DNA of 64,000 nucleotides, taken from positions 69,797-133,796 of the forward strand of contig CAXXVK010000027.1 of the NCBI GenBank assembly GCA_963676915.2. The letters run 5' to 3'. The notes beneath the pieces were generated by a model. The model ran no database searches. It had not been told where the DNA came from and saw only the letters and a program-made list of their open reading frames with translations. A program made the position numbers and the translations under genes. Source of the stretch: Myxococcota bacterium. Its GTDB lineage: Bacteria; Myxococcota_A; SURF-8; G963663525. This document shows positions 9,241 to 19,266 of the stretch, piece after piece (positions within the stretch are counted from its first letter, which is position 1; every line of letters begins with the position of its first letter).

Positions 9241-10818
9241 ATGAAAACGAATACTTGCGGCATGTCGATCGTTTTTCTTTTGATCGCTTTGAGTTTTGTA
9301 TCGACCGGTTGCGAAATCGAGGAAGGAATTCCTTTAAGCGAACAGGGAGATTCCGTTGGTGAGGTGCTGGGCTTTCAAAGCTGCGAAAAATCCTCGGACT
9401 GCGGCATCGGCAGTTATTGTCATCCCGACAACAACCTGTGCACGATGGAATGCACGGCCAACCGAGACTGCTATTTTTACGACGAAGACGCCCGAAAAGC
9501 CTGGCAGGATGCCCAGGCGGCGGGAATCGCGTTCGAAGACGCCGAATTGCCGGCCCTGAAATACAAATGCTCGGATTGCGGCGGTTGCATTCCTGTGGAC
9601 CAGGAAGTGGATGAGCGTTGCCCGTCGAAGTCGGTATATCTGTGCGAAGAAGACGCCTACTGTCAGCAGGTGCTTGACAATGAGTGGATCTGCAACAGCG
9701 ACGGATACTGCACGCTGCCTTGCGAGAACGACGAGGATTGCGGCACCCTGGATCGTGGCCATATCTGCGGGGAAGACCCCGGCAACGATCGAAAAGCCTG
9801 CTACAAATGGTGCTACGACCATTCTTCTTGTGCTTTTCATGGCTATGACTGGCGCTGCCAGCTTCCCGATGGTGTCGGACAAACCGAAAACTTCTTCTCT
9901 CGCGAGTCGGTCATCGGTCGCTGCACACATACCGATGACGGTGTGGACTGGGGCGAAAACCTCGATACCACGAAGGAAAACCACAAGATTGTCGGGGTTT
10001 ACGGAGCGATCAACAACTCGACGTTTACCAACTGCGGCTTCCCGTTGGTCAACTGCCAGGACACCACCAACATTCACCATCTGCTGTTCCGTATCCGGCA
10101 GACGGAAGACGGTATCGAAATGGACGGCAAATATTGCTACCACGAAGCCAAGAATTTCCGGGCGGACAACACCAACGAAACCATGGATGTTCCCCGTACC
10201 GAGTTCGACGATCTCGCCTGGATGGAAGTTCCCGAAAAATATACGCTGGCGGTGGCCTACCACCACTGGAACGCCACCCCGGAATCGTTCGCCGTCGGCG
10301 ATACCTTCCGCACCGATCACTATCTCGAAATCCGTGGTGCCTTGCTGGACGATCCGGCCAACGATCCACTGCCTACTCGCGAATCCATGGACACGGCTTG
10401 GGACCAGGACCGCGACGATCTTCCCGGCCTGACCACCGTCATGAACGGCATCCTGACCGGCGAAATCTACAACGTCAACCGGGCCGATCAGTTCGGGGAT
10501 TTCGAAATCGCCCAGGTGGATGAAGACGGACGGGTGATGAAAATCAAGGGCTTGCTCACCACCGAGAACGAGTCGTTGATCCTCGGATCTTCCGATCCGA
10601 CCTACGATGTGGACATCGAACCCAACCTGTACGCCGACCCCAACCGCTCATTCATGCGTTTCATGCGATTGGACGACGACGCAACCTGCCTGGACGTGAT
10701 CAAAATGGGACGCAGTGAAGAGAATTGCGGCAGCGATTACAACCAGTTGCGCATCAGTGTCGACGACGATTCCACCTATCTGTGCCACACCCCGACGGTG
10801 GACGGACCGTCCGAATAG
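9241..10818 (+). CDS. Cys-rich secreted lipoprotein, function unknown
   Basis: Lipobox VSTG-C; N-terminal half with repeated C-x5-C-x5-C modules; DQDRDDLPG Ca-binding-like motif; AGGAG RBS. Confidence 0.7.
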   Translation: MKTNTCGMSIVFLLIALSFVSTGCEIEEGIPLSEQGDSVGEVLGFQSCEKSSDCGIGSYCHPDNNLCTMECTANRDCYFYDEDARKAWQDAQAAGIAFEDAELPALKYKCSDCGGCIPVDQEVDERCPSKSVYLCEEDAYCQQVLDNEWICNSDGYCTLPCENDEDCGTLDRGHICGEDPGNDRKACYKWCYDHSSCAFHGYDWRCQLPDGVGQTENFFSRESVIGRCTHTDDGVDWGENLDTTKENHKIVGVYGAINNSTFTNCGFPLVNCQDTTNIHHLLFRIRQTEDGIEMDGKYCYHEAKNFRADNTNETMDVPRTEFDDLAWMEVPEKYTLAVAYHHWNATPESFAVGDTFRTDHYLEIRGALLDDPANDPLPTRESMDTAWDQDRDDLPGLTTVMNGILTGEIYNVNRADQFGDFEIAQVDEDGRVMKIKGLLTTENESLILGSSDPTYDVDIEPNLYADPNRSFMRFMRLDDDATCLDVIKMGRSEENCGSDYNQLRISVDDDSTYLCHTPTVDGPSE

Positions 10819-10830
10819 CGGAGATTTCGA

Positions 10831-13221
10831 ATGGATCTGCTGACGCAAATCAAGGGTCTTCACGCCGTGGGCTGGCGCAAAGTTGGCCAGGCTTTGATAT
10901 TTGGAGTGAAAAAAGCTTTTTTAGACGCCAATACGTTGCGTACGCTGAACACGGCGACACATCGTTGGAGCGATCTCGGGGCTTTTCGACAGGTCGAAGA
11001 AATCCCTCGGGGATTCCGGCTGGATTTCGAAAACGCTTCGCTCGAAGCCGTGGTCTTGGGCACCGATCTGGTTCGTATGACCTGGACGCCCGGAGTTCTG
11101 CCGGTTCCCTACGCCCTTGCTCAAACGGAATGGCCTGAGGTCGAGTTCACGCGGGAATCCGACGAAACCGCCGAAATTCTCAGGACTTCCGAGCTTGTCG
11201 TGCGCATCGGGCGCGATGGCGCAATCGCTTATGAAACGCCGAACGGCACCGTGCTGCGTCGAGAATATCCGCCGCAACGTATTGGTGATGGCTGGCGGCA
11301 TCGTGCGGAGTTGGCTGAAGAAGAGCACGTCTATGGACTGGGACAACGCAACCACGCTCTCAACCTGCGCGGCGGTCGCTATCTGATGTGGAACGAAGAG
11401 CCGATGGGCGATTACGGCCCCGGTAAAGACCCGATCTACGTCTGCATTCCCACCTATCTCGGACTTCATAAGCAAGGGAATTACCTCGTCTTTTTCGAGA
11501 ATTCGCACAAGGCGACCTTCGATTTCGAACGCGAAGCCACCGCAGAATTCACCGGGGGCGCTTTGCGCAGCTATTTCATTCCGGGACCGGTTCCGCGTGC
11601 CATGCAGCGTTACGGTGAGTTGACCGGCCTGGCTCCGCTGCCTCCGGCCTGGGCGCTGGGGTATCATCAGTGCCGCTGGAGCTACAAAACGGAAGACGAA
11701 GTCAACGAACTGATGGAAGGTTTCGAAACCCATGACCTTCCGCTAAGCGTGATCCATCTGGATATCCACTACATGGACGGCTACCGCGTCTTCACCGTGG
11801 ATAACGCACGTTTTCCCGATTTGGCCCGTTTGAGTGCGACCTTGCACGAAAAAGGCGTCAAGCTGGTGACGATTCTCGACCCCGGTATCAAAAAAGATTC
11901 TTCCTACGACCTCTATCGGGAAGGTGTCGAGCAGAACCGTTTCTGTAAAATGCCGGATGGAGAAGTGATTCACGGACCGGTCTGGCCGGGATGGTGCGGA
12001 TTCCCCGATTTCACGAATCAAGAGGTGCGACGCTGGTGGGGTGAACAGTATAAGAGCCTCGTGGACCAGGGTGTGGACGGCTTCTGGCACGACATGAACG
12101 AACCGGCCGTGTTCAGTGGAACCAATCGCCCGACCCTGCCGCTGGATACCCGTCACGACATGGAAGGGCGCGGCGGCGATCACCTGGAGGCGCACAACCT
12201 GTACGGACTGCTCGAAAACCGTGCCGCCTTCGAAGCGCTCGAACGCTTGCATCCCGAAAGGCGTCCCTGGTTGCTGACCCGCTCCGGCTGGGCGGGAATC
12301 CAACGCTATGCCTGGAACTGGACCGGCGATACGGGCTGCAACTGGTGGAGTTTGGGTCACAACCTTCGGTTGACGCTGATGCTCGGCCTTTCGGGTGTAC
12401 CCTACACCGGTTCGGACACGGGTGGTTTCAACGGCGATCCCTCGCCGGAACTGTTCGTTCGGTGGTTCGAGATGTCATCGCACATGCCGTTTTTCCGTAC
12501 GCATTCGGCCGTGTTCACCAAGCGCCGCGAACCGTGGAGCTTTGGCGAAGACGTTACCGCCATTACGAAAAAATACCTCGAAGAGCGCGTGCGCATGATG
12601 CCTTATTGGTACACGCTGGCCTGGGAAGCGTCCCGAAAGGGCTGGCCGCTCGTACGTCCGTTATGGTGGAATCGCACCGAACACGAAGCCTTGTGGGATG
12701 TGGATGACGAATATATGATCGGAGACGATCTTCTTGTTGCACCCGTTCTCGAAGAGGGAGCCGAGGGGCGAAAGGTGACCCTGCCCGAGGGCATCTGGAT
12801 GTCTCTCGAAGACAACACCTGGCACCAAGGACCATGCCAATTGCGTGTTGCGGCCCAACTGGACCAACTGCCGCGTTTCGTGCGCGCCGGGGGAATACTG
12901 CCGTTGCACGAAGGTGAAAACCTTTGTCTCCACGCCTATTTACACCCGGATACGGCGGATTTTTCCTGTCAGGTTTACTCCGATGACGGCGACGGTAACG
13001 GACCGTCACGCCTCGACCGTTTCGAAGGGAAACGCACCGAAAACGGTTGGGAGATTCACCATGTCACCGAAGGCGATGCGCCGTTCCCATACCAAGACCT
13101 GGAATGGGTGCTCCACGGATCTTCCGTAAAAACGATGACGGTGGACGAAACGGACATGGCGCAGGAAGACGGACGAGCCAACGTGGGTCTTTTCGAAACG
13201 CTCCGGTTGGAACTCGCGTAA
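10831..13221 (+). CDS. Glycoside hydrolase family 31 (alpha-glucosidase-like)
   Basis: WALGYHQCRWSY, LDIHYMDG, WHDMNEP nucleophile, WTGD acid/base, GSDTGGF; no signal peptide. Confidence 0.93.
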   Translation: MDLLTQIKGLHAVGWRKVGQALIFGVKKAFLDANTLRTLNTATHRWSDLGAFRQVEEIPRGFRLDFENASLEAVVLGTDLVRMTWTPGVLPVPYALAQTEWPEVEFTRESDETAEILRTSELVVRIGRDGAIAYETPNGTVLRREYPPQRIGDGWRHRAELAEEEHVYGLGQRNHALNLRGGRYLMWNEEPMGDYGPGKDPIYVCIPTYLGLHKQGNYLVFFENSHKATFDFEREATAEFTGGALRSYFIPGPVPRAMQRYGELTGLAPLPPAWALGYHQCRWSYKTEDEVNELMEGFETHDLPLSVIHLDIHYMDGYRVFTVDNARFPDLARLSATLHEKGVKLVTILDPGIKKDSSYDLYREGVEQNRFCKMPDGEVIHGPVWPGWCGFPDFTNQEVRRWWGEQYKSLVDQGVDGFWHDMNEPAVFSGTNRPTLPLDTRHDMEGRGGDHLEAHNLYGLLENRAAFEALERLHPERRPWLLTRSGWAGIQRYAWNWTGDTGCNWWSLGHNLRLTLMLGLSGVPYTGSDTGGFNGDPSPELFVRWFEMSSHMPFFRTHSAVFTKRREPWSFGEDVTAITKKYLEERVRMMPYWYTLAWEASRKGWPLVRPLWWNRTEHEALWDVDDEYMIGDDLLVAPVLEEGAEGRKVTLPEGIWMSLEDNTWHQGPCQLRVAAQLDQLPRFVRAGGILPLHEGENLCLHAYLHPDTADFSCQVYSDDGDGNGPSRLDRFEGKRTENGWEIHHVTEGDAPFPYQDLEWVLHGSSVKTMTVDETDMAQEDGRANVGLFETLRLELA

Positions 13222-13248
13222 ACTGCCTTGTAAAAATCCCTTATGATT

Positions 13249-14328
13249 TCATGGAGATAAGGGCAGGCGCTCGTCGATCCATCCACCACCCAAGAGACGG
13301 TCTTTGTCGTAAAATACGGCGGCCTGGCCCGGAGTGACCGAACCAACCGGTGTGTCGAAGCGCACCTCTGCGTCTCCATCGGAACCGGGAATCACCCGAC
13401 AAGGCACGGCTTTCTGACGGTAGCGAATTTGTACCATGCACGATAGCTCGCCGGATGGTGTTTCGGCCTGCCAGTTGACCTTGGACACCCGACAGCCTCC
13501 CGACGCCAGCCGTGTGGGGTCGGTGGTGACCACCAGCCGGTTGTTCCTCGTATCGATGCATTCGATAAAGGCTCGTTGCCCCAATGCCACGCCATGTCCC
13601 CGGCGCTGTCCTACCGTATAATTATGAAGACCGCGATGCTCGCCGACGGGGGTTCCTCGGTCATCGACGATCGGCCCCGGCGGCATTTCCCCACCGAAAC
13701 GTTGCCGCAAGGTTTCGGCGAACCCTTCCGTTCCCAACGCGAGACAGGTATCCTGGCTTTCTCGGGTTTCCGGGTCGGTCAACTCGGCGTTTCGCGCCCG
13801 TAAACGAACCTCGTCTTTGGTGAAATCGCCGATGGGAAACAGCAGATCGTGCAAACGTTCGCTGGAGAGACGAAACAGAAAGTAGGTTTGATCTTTTTTC
13901 GGATCGTTTCCTCGGTAAATGGCCGGTTTTCCTGAAAATTTTTCGATACGGCAATGATGCCCGCTGGCGATGCGGTCCGCACCCAGTTGCTTGGCATGTT
14001 CGAACAGCAAGCCGAATTTGATGTACTCGTTGCAGACGGCGCAGGGGTTGGGAGTGCGTCCCCGAGCATACTCTTTCCATGCCGGGAGCAGAACCAGGCG
14101 GTCGAAGGCATCGCGGAGGTCGATCACCCGATGCTCGATCGACAAACGCCGGGCAACATACCGAGCCTGTCGGATCTCGTCGGGTTCGTCCGAATCATCC
14201 GTTCCCGTTTGCAAACGCAGAGTCAGGCCGAGAACGTCGTATCCTTTTTCCACAAGACAAGCCGCCGCCACGGCAGAGTCCACACCGCCGCTGAGTCCGA
14301 TCGCCACCCGTTGTCCGTTGCCACCCAT
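13249..14328 (-). CDS. mnmA: tRNA 2-thiouridylase MnmA
   Basis: SGGVDS PP-loop, TPNPCAVCN, KDQTYFL, YTVGQRRG, TPGQAAVFY. Confidence 0.93.
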   Translation of the reverse strand: MGGNGQRVAIGLSGGVDSAVAAACLVEKGYDVLGLTLRLQTGTDDSDEPDEIRQARYVARRLSIEHRVIDLRDAFDRLVLLPAWKEYARGRTPNPCAVCNEYIKFGLLFEHAKQLGADRIASGHHCRIEKFSGKPAIYRGNDPKKDQTYFLFRLSSERLHDLLFPIGDFTKDEVRLRARNAELTDPETRESQDTCLALGTEGFAETLRQRFGGEMPPGPIVDDRGTPVGEHRGLHNYTVGQRRGHGVALGQRAFIECIDTRNNRLVVTTDPTRLASGGCRVSKVNWQAETPSGELSCMVQIRYRQKAVPCRVIPGSDGDAEVRFDTPVGSVTPGQAAVFYDKDRLLGGGWIDERLPLSP

Positions 14329-14497
14329 TACCACTCCGAAAAAAGTCGAAATCCATCAAAAACCTATAAAAACACTCCATTTCGAACTAGAGTATAGCGG
14401 TGAGCGTGAATTTTTTTGTAGGAAAAATCGCAGGTACGATGAAAATCGACCCGTCGTCGTTTCCACTAGGGTATGGTTTGATCCCAGGTTTGATTGG

Positions 14498-15889
14498 ATG
14501 TCTTCTCTTCAAAAAAAACTCCGTCTGGAAGTAAAGCGCTGTGACTTGTGGAATAACAAGCACCGACTTCTGGTGGCTTTTTCCGGCGGGTTGGACTCCA
14601 CCGTTTTGTTGCACCTGCTGGTTGACGATCCCGCTATCGGGGCGGATCGGGTCGTCGCGGCGCATTTCGATCACGGCCTGCGTCCCGAATCGGCGGATGA
14701 AGCACGGCAAGCCCTCGATTTCGCACGACAACTTCACGTTAAAACCATTACGGAAACGGCACCGGCTTTCCATGCGGGAAATCTCGAAGCCTGGGCACGA
14801 TCCGAACGGTATCGTTTTTTGGAACACGCTCGATTGGAAACGGCTTGCGACCGGATCGTTACGGCGCACCATGCCGACGATCAGGCCGAAACCTTGCTGC
14901 TTCGCTTGCTACGGGGCAGCGGTCCCGATGGCTGGCGGTCGATTCACATTCGGCGCGGTTTCGTTGTTCGACCTTTATTGAATGTTCCCCGACGCGAGCT
15001 GGAAGCCTATGCCGCCAAGCACCACCTGTCGTTCATCGAGGATGCCAGCAACCAGGATATTACCTTCGCACGTAATCGTCTGAGACACGAGATTCTGCCT
15101 CGTCTCGATGCGGTGCAATCCGGTGCCGTGCAACATCTCGCCGATGCCGCACGCCGGGCTAAGGAATTGAAAGAATGGTTGGACTTGGAGGTGGAGCAAT
15201 ACATCGACAAGCGTGGAGATTTTTCGAAAGATTTCATAGACTTGTCCGGCTTCGATCTCTGGCCCGCCGCACTCCGACTGGCTTTTCTACGGCGAGCGCT
15301 CCCCCGTTATCGCTCGGAGATTTCCGAGAACCGTTGGCGGGATCTGGACCGCTGGCTTTGTCGTTCCTTTGATGGAACTCGCCGATTTCCCTGGGGAAAC
15401 GGTGAATTGGAATTCCATGAACAGCGTCTGCGTTACCTTGCGAACCCAACCGATGCGCTGCCTCCCGATCCCGTTTGCATTCGATGGAATCTCCCGGAAG
15501 AGTCCGAAGGGGAATTTTCGTGGGGGGATGGCAGTTTTTCGTATAACGTCATGAAATTGCAGGATGTTCCAGAATTTTCCGCGCAACCCTGGAGGAAAAA
15601 CGACCTCTTCCGAGCCTGGTTCGATGCCGATGCTTTGCCGGAAACGCTGACGCTTCGCTCGCGAAACGACGGCGACCGTCTGACGCTTCCCCACCTGGGA
15701 ACCCGCCGCGTGTCGGACGTTTTCATCGATGCACGGATTCCCCGAAACGACCGCAATCGCCAGCCCTTGCTTGTCGGAGACGATGTAGTATGGATTCCCG
15801 GCCTACGGCGTAGCGCTCAGGCGTACATCGATAGCAAAACGCAACGGATTTTGTTTTGTGAATGGATGCCGGAGAAAATAGACCGGTAA
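14498..15889 (+). CDS. tilS: tRNA(Ile)-lysidine synthetase
   Basis: AFSGGLDS, HFDHGLR, TAHHADDQAET, RNRLRH and TilS C-terminal domain; start taken at ATG 14498. Confidence 0.95.
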   Translation: MSSLQKKLRLEVKRCDLWNNKHRLLVAFSGGLDSTVLLHLLVDDPAIGADRVVAAHFDHGLRPESADEARQALDFARQLHVKTITETAPAFHAGNLEAWARSERYRFLEHARLETACDRIVTAHHADDQAETLLLRLLRGSGPDGWRSIHIRRGFVVRPLLNVPRRELEAYAAKHHLSFIEDASNQDITFARNRLRHEILPRLDAVQSGAVQHLADAARRAKELKEWLDLEVEQYIDKRGDFSKDFIDLSGFDLWPAALRLAFLRRALPRYRSEISENRWRDLDRWLCRSFDGTRRFPWGNGELEFHEQRLRYLANPTDALPPDPVCIRWNLPEESEGEFSWGDGSFSYNVMKLQDVPEFSAQPWRKNDLFRAWFDADALPETLTLRSRNDGDRLTLPHLGTRRVSDVFIDARIPRNDRNRQPLLVGDDVVWIPGLRRSAQAYIDSKTQRILFCEWMPEKIDR

Positions 15890-15921
15890 CCTTCTGGAAA
15901 GATTGGGAAATTCTATTTCGT

Positions 15922-16151
15922 TTCCCGACGATGGAGGCGGGTGCCACGGTCTTCGATTCAAAGAATCGATGGCCGTGCAACCTATTAAAATCACACGGCT
16001 CAGACGATGGAGCAGGATTGTATCCTGGTCCAATCGTTCATGATTTCAGCACCTTGTTCGGGAAATGGATAGACAATGTAGCCAGAGCTACATCTGAGTG
16101 ATTCAAAACATGAGGAAGGAGCAGGATACAATCCTGCTCCATCGTCGGGAA
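15922..16151. repeat. REP-like cluster: family B inverted pair with an inserted family C fragment
   Basis: GACGATGGAGCAGGATTGTATCCTG at 16003 inverted to 16118-16151; 15939-15999 matches the reverse complement of 55138-55197; GACGATGGAG direct repeat at 15927 and 16003. Confidence 0.8.
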
Positions 16152-16182
16152 TATCAGGAAAAAGCATTACCCAACCCAGATC

Positions 16183-16779
16183 CTACAGCTTCCCACGTCC
16201 CTTGATGGCCCGACCAATGGTCACCCGGTCGAGGTATTCGATGTCGGTGCCGATGGGCATTCCCGACGAAGGCCGCGTCAGTTTCACACCGGAGGGTTCG
16301 AGCAAACGCCGCAGATAAAGCGCGGTAGCTTCGCCGTCCACCGTGGGACTGGTGGCGATGATCACCTCCCGCACCTCTTCCTCGACGATGCGAGCCAGTA
16401 GAGGTTCCACGTTGAGATGCTCGGGACCGATGCCTTTGAGCGGCGAAACCAGCCCGCCCAAAATGTGGTAACGCCCCATGAATTCGCTGCTGGCCTCGAT
16501 GGCCTGAAGGTCGGGCACACCTTGGACGACGCAGAGCAATCCGACATCCCGGCGGGAATCCGAGCAGATCCGGCAGGGATCGTCCGCCGTATAGTTGCCG
16601 CAGATCGAGCAGGCGTGAATCTCCCGCGTGACCGTCTCCAGCGCCAGCAACAATCCCTGGGACTGCTCTTTGTGGTCGAGCAGGTGGTGGGCCAGCCGCA
16701 ACGCCGTTTTATGGCCAATTGTAGGCAACCGCTTGAGTTCGGCCACCAACCGTTCGATGGGATCGCCGCTGCCGTTCAC
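16183..16779 (-). CDS. recR: Recombination mediator RecR
   Basis: LPTIGHKTA HhH, CxxC-x8-CxxC zinc finger, TOPRIM (SPTVDGEATA). Confidence 0.97.
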   Translation of the reverse strand: MNGSGDPIERLVAELKRLPTIGHKTALRLAHHLLDHKEQSQGLLLALETVTREIHACSICGNYTADDPCRICSDSRRDVGLLCVVQGVPDLQAIEASSEFMGRYHILGGLVSPLKGIGPEHLNVEPLLARIVEEEVREVIIATSPTVDGEATALYLRRLLEPSGVKLTRPSSGMPIGTDIEYLDRVTIGRAIKGRGKL

Positions 16780-16826
16780 CTGCCGTCCCTCTTTATCCTG
16801 TTGATTTTATACGGAAAAAAGGCTTG

Positions 16827-17141
16827 TCAGAACAATCCGGGAATCTTCATTCCACCGGTGATTTTCGACATTTCTTCCTCGACGTAGCGGTTGATGTTCT
16901 CGTTGGCTACGTTGACCGCCGCGACGATCAGATCCTGCAAGGTTTCGATATCCTCGGGATCGACCACTTCCTTGTCCACGACGATTTTCAGCAACTCGTG
17001 CTTGCCGTTGACCGTCGCCGTGACCATGCCGCCACCGGCCTGGCCTTCGGCGGACTGCTCGGCAAGTTTCGCCTGGGTCTGGGCCAAACGCTGTTGCATT
17101 TGCTGGGCTTGCTTCAAAAGCTGATTCATATTGCCTTTCAT
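16827..17141 (-). CDS. ybaB: YbaB/EbfC nucleoid-associated protein
   Basis: QAQQMQ...AGGGMV...LQDLIVAAVN; dnaX-ybaB-recR synteny. Confidence 0.96.
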   Translation of the reverse strand: MKGNMNQLLKQAQQMQQRLAQTQAKLAEQSAEGQAGGGMVTATVNGKHELLKIVVDKEVVDPEDIETLQDLIVAAVNVANENINRYVEEEMSKITGGMKIPGLF

Positions 17142-17168
17142 CGGATTCCTTCCTTACGATAGCGTGTT

Positions 17169-18950
17169 TCAGCCGGTCGCCTCGTCGCTGTCGAGATCGT
17201 CCTGGCTGTCGAAATCTTCTTCGGGGAGCAGCGGATTGAGCACTACCTCACCGCCGCCGAATTCCTCGCGGATGGCTTTTACCGTCGGGTGATCGAGGGC
17301 TTCCTGCATCAGATCGTTTCGGGTCTGTTCCAAGTGTTTCTGCTCGATGTCCTCGACACTACGACCCTGTTCGGCATTCTCGGTTCCGAGCACGCGAAGC
17401 TCGATCGTTTCACGGAGAAGGTCCGAAAGGATTTTCTGGGTTTCCAGGCGTTGCGCCTCGGCGCCGAAACGCTTGCGAAGGCGGTCCGAGGGAGCCGCCA
17501 ACACCAACTCGTCTCCCACCCAGGAGAGAAACTTCATCGGCCACAGGGTCAGCCACAATTCCCGGTGACTTTCCTTGAGCGTCCCGACGAGTTCCCGCCA
17601 GCGTTTGAAATTGCCACCTTTGGAAACCGCTTGAGGTTTCGAGGCTTTTTCACGATAGCGGTCGAGCGAGACGGTGTTCGGTATCTCGGTGACGGGAGGA
17701 GTCATCGCCGGACGAGGTTCCGGCGGGATGTTCTGCGGGGCGGCTTGTTGGCCACGCATTCCGCGAGGGCTTCCTCCACCTGTGGCTCGTGCCCGGTTTT
17801 CCGTGTCGATCCAACCCTTTACGCGGTCGATCAGGTCGTCCAGCGGTCGCATGGGAGTTACATGGACCATCTTTGCCAAAGCGGTTTCGAACATCAGCCG
17901 GTCGAACGCTCCGCGAGCGATGTGGTCGTACGAGGCGTAGAGAATGTCGAACCAGCGTAACCAGACATCCTGCGCCTGAAGGCTGTTCGCCTGTCGTTTG
18001 ATTTCCGCCAGTTCGGCGTCGGGAAGATCGAGCAGTTTTCCAGGATCGCGATGGTTGAGCGCCACCACGCCGTTTCGGATATGTTCGAGCAATTCCCCGC
18101 AAAACTGCTTCAATTCGACTCCGTGGCTGGCGAGATCGTCCACCAGCTCAAACAGTCCCGCACCGTCGCCTTCGATCAATTTGCGGGTCACTTCATAGAT
18201 CCGCGTCCGGTCGGCGACACCAAGCACCGTCTGAACGTCTTCCTCGGTCAACTCGCCTTCGATGTAGGCCAACACGCGATCGAGCAAAGATTGCGCATCG
18301 CGCATCGATCCCCGAGCATAGCGGGCTACGAGGCGGATGGCTCCCTCGGTGAAGGGTACTTCCTCGGCGGTGAGCATTTTGGACAGGTGTGCGGCGATGT
18401 CCCGAGCGGGGATCATTTTGAAATCGTAGCGTTGACACCGCGAAAGGATCGTCGGTAGGATCTTGTTCGCCTCGGTGGTGGCGAAAATGAATTTCACATG
18501 CTCGGGAGGTTCTTCCAACGTCTTCAACAGCGCGTTGAAAGCTTCCTTGGTGAGCATGTGCACTTCGTCGATGATGTAGATTCGGTAGCGCGAGCGTTGA
18601 GGTCGGTACATCACGCTCTGTTGCAAGTCGCGGATGTCGTCGATACCTCGGTTCGATGCGCCGTCGATCTCGGTGACATCCACGCTGTTTCCCTGGGTGA
18701 TTTCCTTGCAGGAGGCGCATTCGTTGCAGGGAACCGCCACCGGTCCATCCTCGGAGAGACAGCACAACGATTTCGCCAGAATTCGGGCCGCCGTGGTTTT
18801 TCCCACGCCCCGAGTTCCGGTGAACAGGAAGGCATGATGAAGCTTGCCTTTGCGGATGGCGTTGGTCAGCGTCCGGGTGACGTGTTCCTGACCGATGACA
18901 TCTTCGAAGGTCTGGGGACGCCATTTTCTTGCAAGTACCAGATAAGACAT
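17169..18950 (-). CDS. dnaX: DNA polymerase III subunit gamma/tau
   Basis: YLVLARKWRPQTF, GTRGVGKTT, IIDEVHML, SRCQR; start at ATG 18950. Confidence 0.97.
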   Translation of the reverse strand: MSYLVLARKWRPQTFEDVIGQEHVTRTLTNAIRKGKLHHAFLFTGTRGVGKTTAARILAKSLCCLSEDGPVAVPCNECASCKEITQGNSVDVTEIDGASNRGIDDIRDLQQSVMYRPQRSRYRIYIIDEVHMLTKEAFNALLKTLEEPPEHVKFIFATTEANKILPTILSRCQRYDFKMIPARDIAAHLSKMLTAEEVPFTEGAIRLVARYARGSMRDAQSLLDRVLAYIEGELTEEDVQTVLGVADRTRIYEVTRKLIEGDGAGLFELVDDLASHGVELKQFCGELLEHIRNGVVALNHRDPGKLLDLPDAELAEIKRQANSLQAQDVWLRWFDILYASYDHIARGAFDRLMFETALAKMVHVTPMRPLDDLIDRVKGWIDTENRARATGGGSPRGMRGQQAAPQNIPPEPRPAMTPPVTEIPNTVSLDRYREKASKPQAVSKGGNFKRWRELVGTLKESHRELWLTLWPMKFLSWVGDELVLAAPSDRLRKRFGAEAQRLETQKILSDLLRETIELRVLGTENAEQGRSVEDIEQKHLEQTRNDLMQEALDHPTVKAIREEFGGGEVVLNPLLPEEDFDSQDDLDSDEATG

Positions 18951-19016
18951 AGTTTTTCGCCGTTCACAAACGGTGTTGACGAGATCGGGCCAAGGGTTTC
19001 CATCGAAACAATGGAA

Positions 19017-19118
19017 GGGTGACCGGGGATTTCGCAGCACACGCAGGAGATCGCTACCGCTGCTTCCTTTCGGACCTGACGGGGTTCACGGACCTGAGTC
19101 GCACGAAGCCCGGCCACC
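19017..19118 (-). ncRNA. ffs: Signal recognition particle RNA (4.5S)
   Basis: Minus strand GTCAGGTCCGAAAGGAAGCAGC helix-8 motif closed by a GGTGGCCGGG/CCCGGTCACC stem; canonical position upstream of dnaX. Confidence 0.92.
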
Positions 19119-19194
19119 ATACGACCTCCCCGCCATGGCGGGAGGGTGCTTTCGGAATTCACCACCTGCACTCATTGCAGACGATGCTCTTTGC

Positions 19195-19224
19195 AAACTA
19201 CCCCTCCGGGAGGTCTTCTGTCAA
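19195..19224 (-). promoter_or_regulatory. Putative sigma70 promoter of ffs
   Basis: TTGACA-N18-TAGTTT on the minus strand. Confidence 0.6.
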
Positions 19225-19266
19225 GTTGCGATAAAGTCGGAATTGGCACCGAGAACGAACGAAAAA

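Noticed and set aside
13970-14497. Long N-terminal extensions in the ORF track (tilS; also dnaX, rimP, and the 38871, 40576 and 48605 starts)
   Set aside because: They overlap other genes or RNAs; internal starts fit homology and RBS positions better
17640-17655. Possible dnaX programmed -1 frameshift site
   Set aside because: The minus strand reads GAAAAAG, not A-AAA-AAG; no convincing stimulatory elements seen
19119-19190. tRNA upstream of ffs
   Set aside because: Three hairpins, but no TTC T-loop consensus in a proper arm and no acceptor stem or CCA end; kept only as a structured leader
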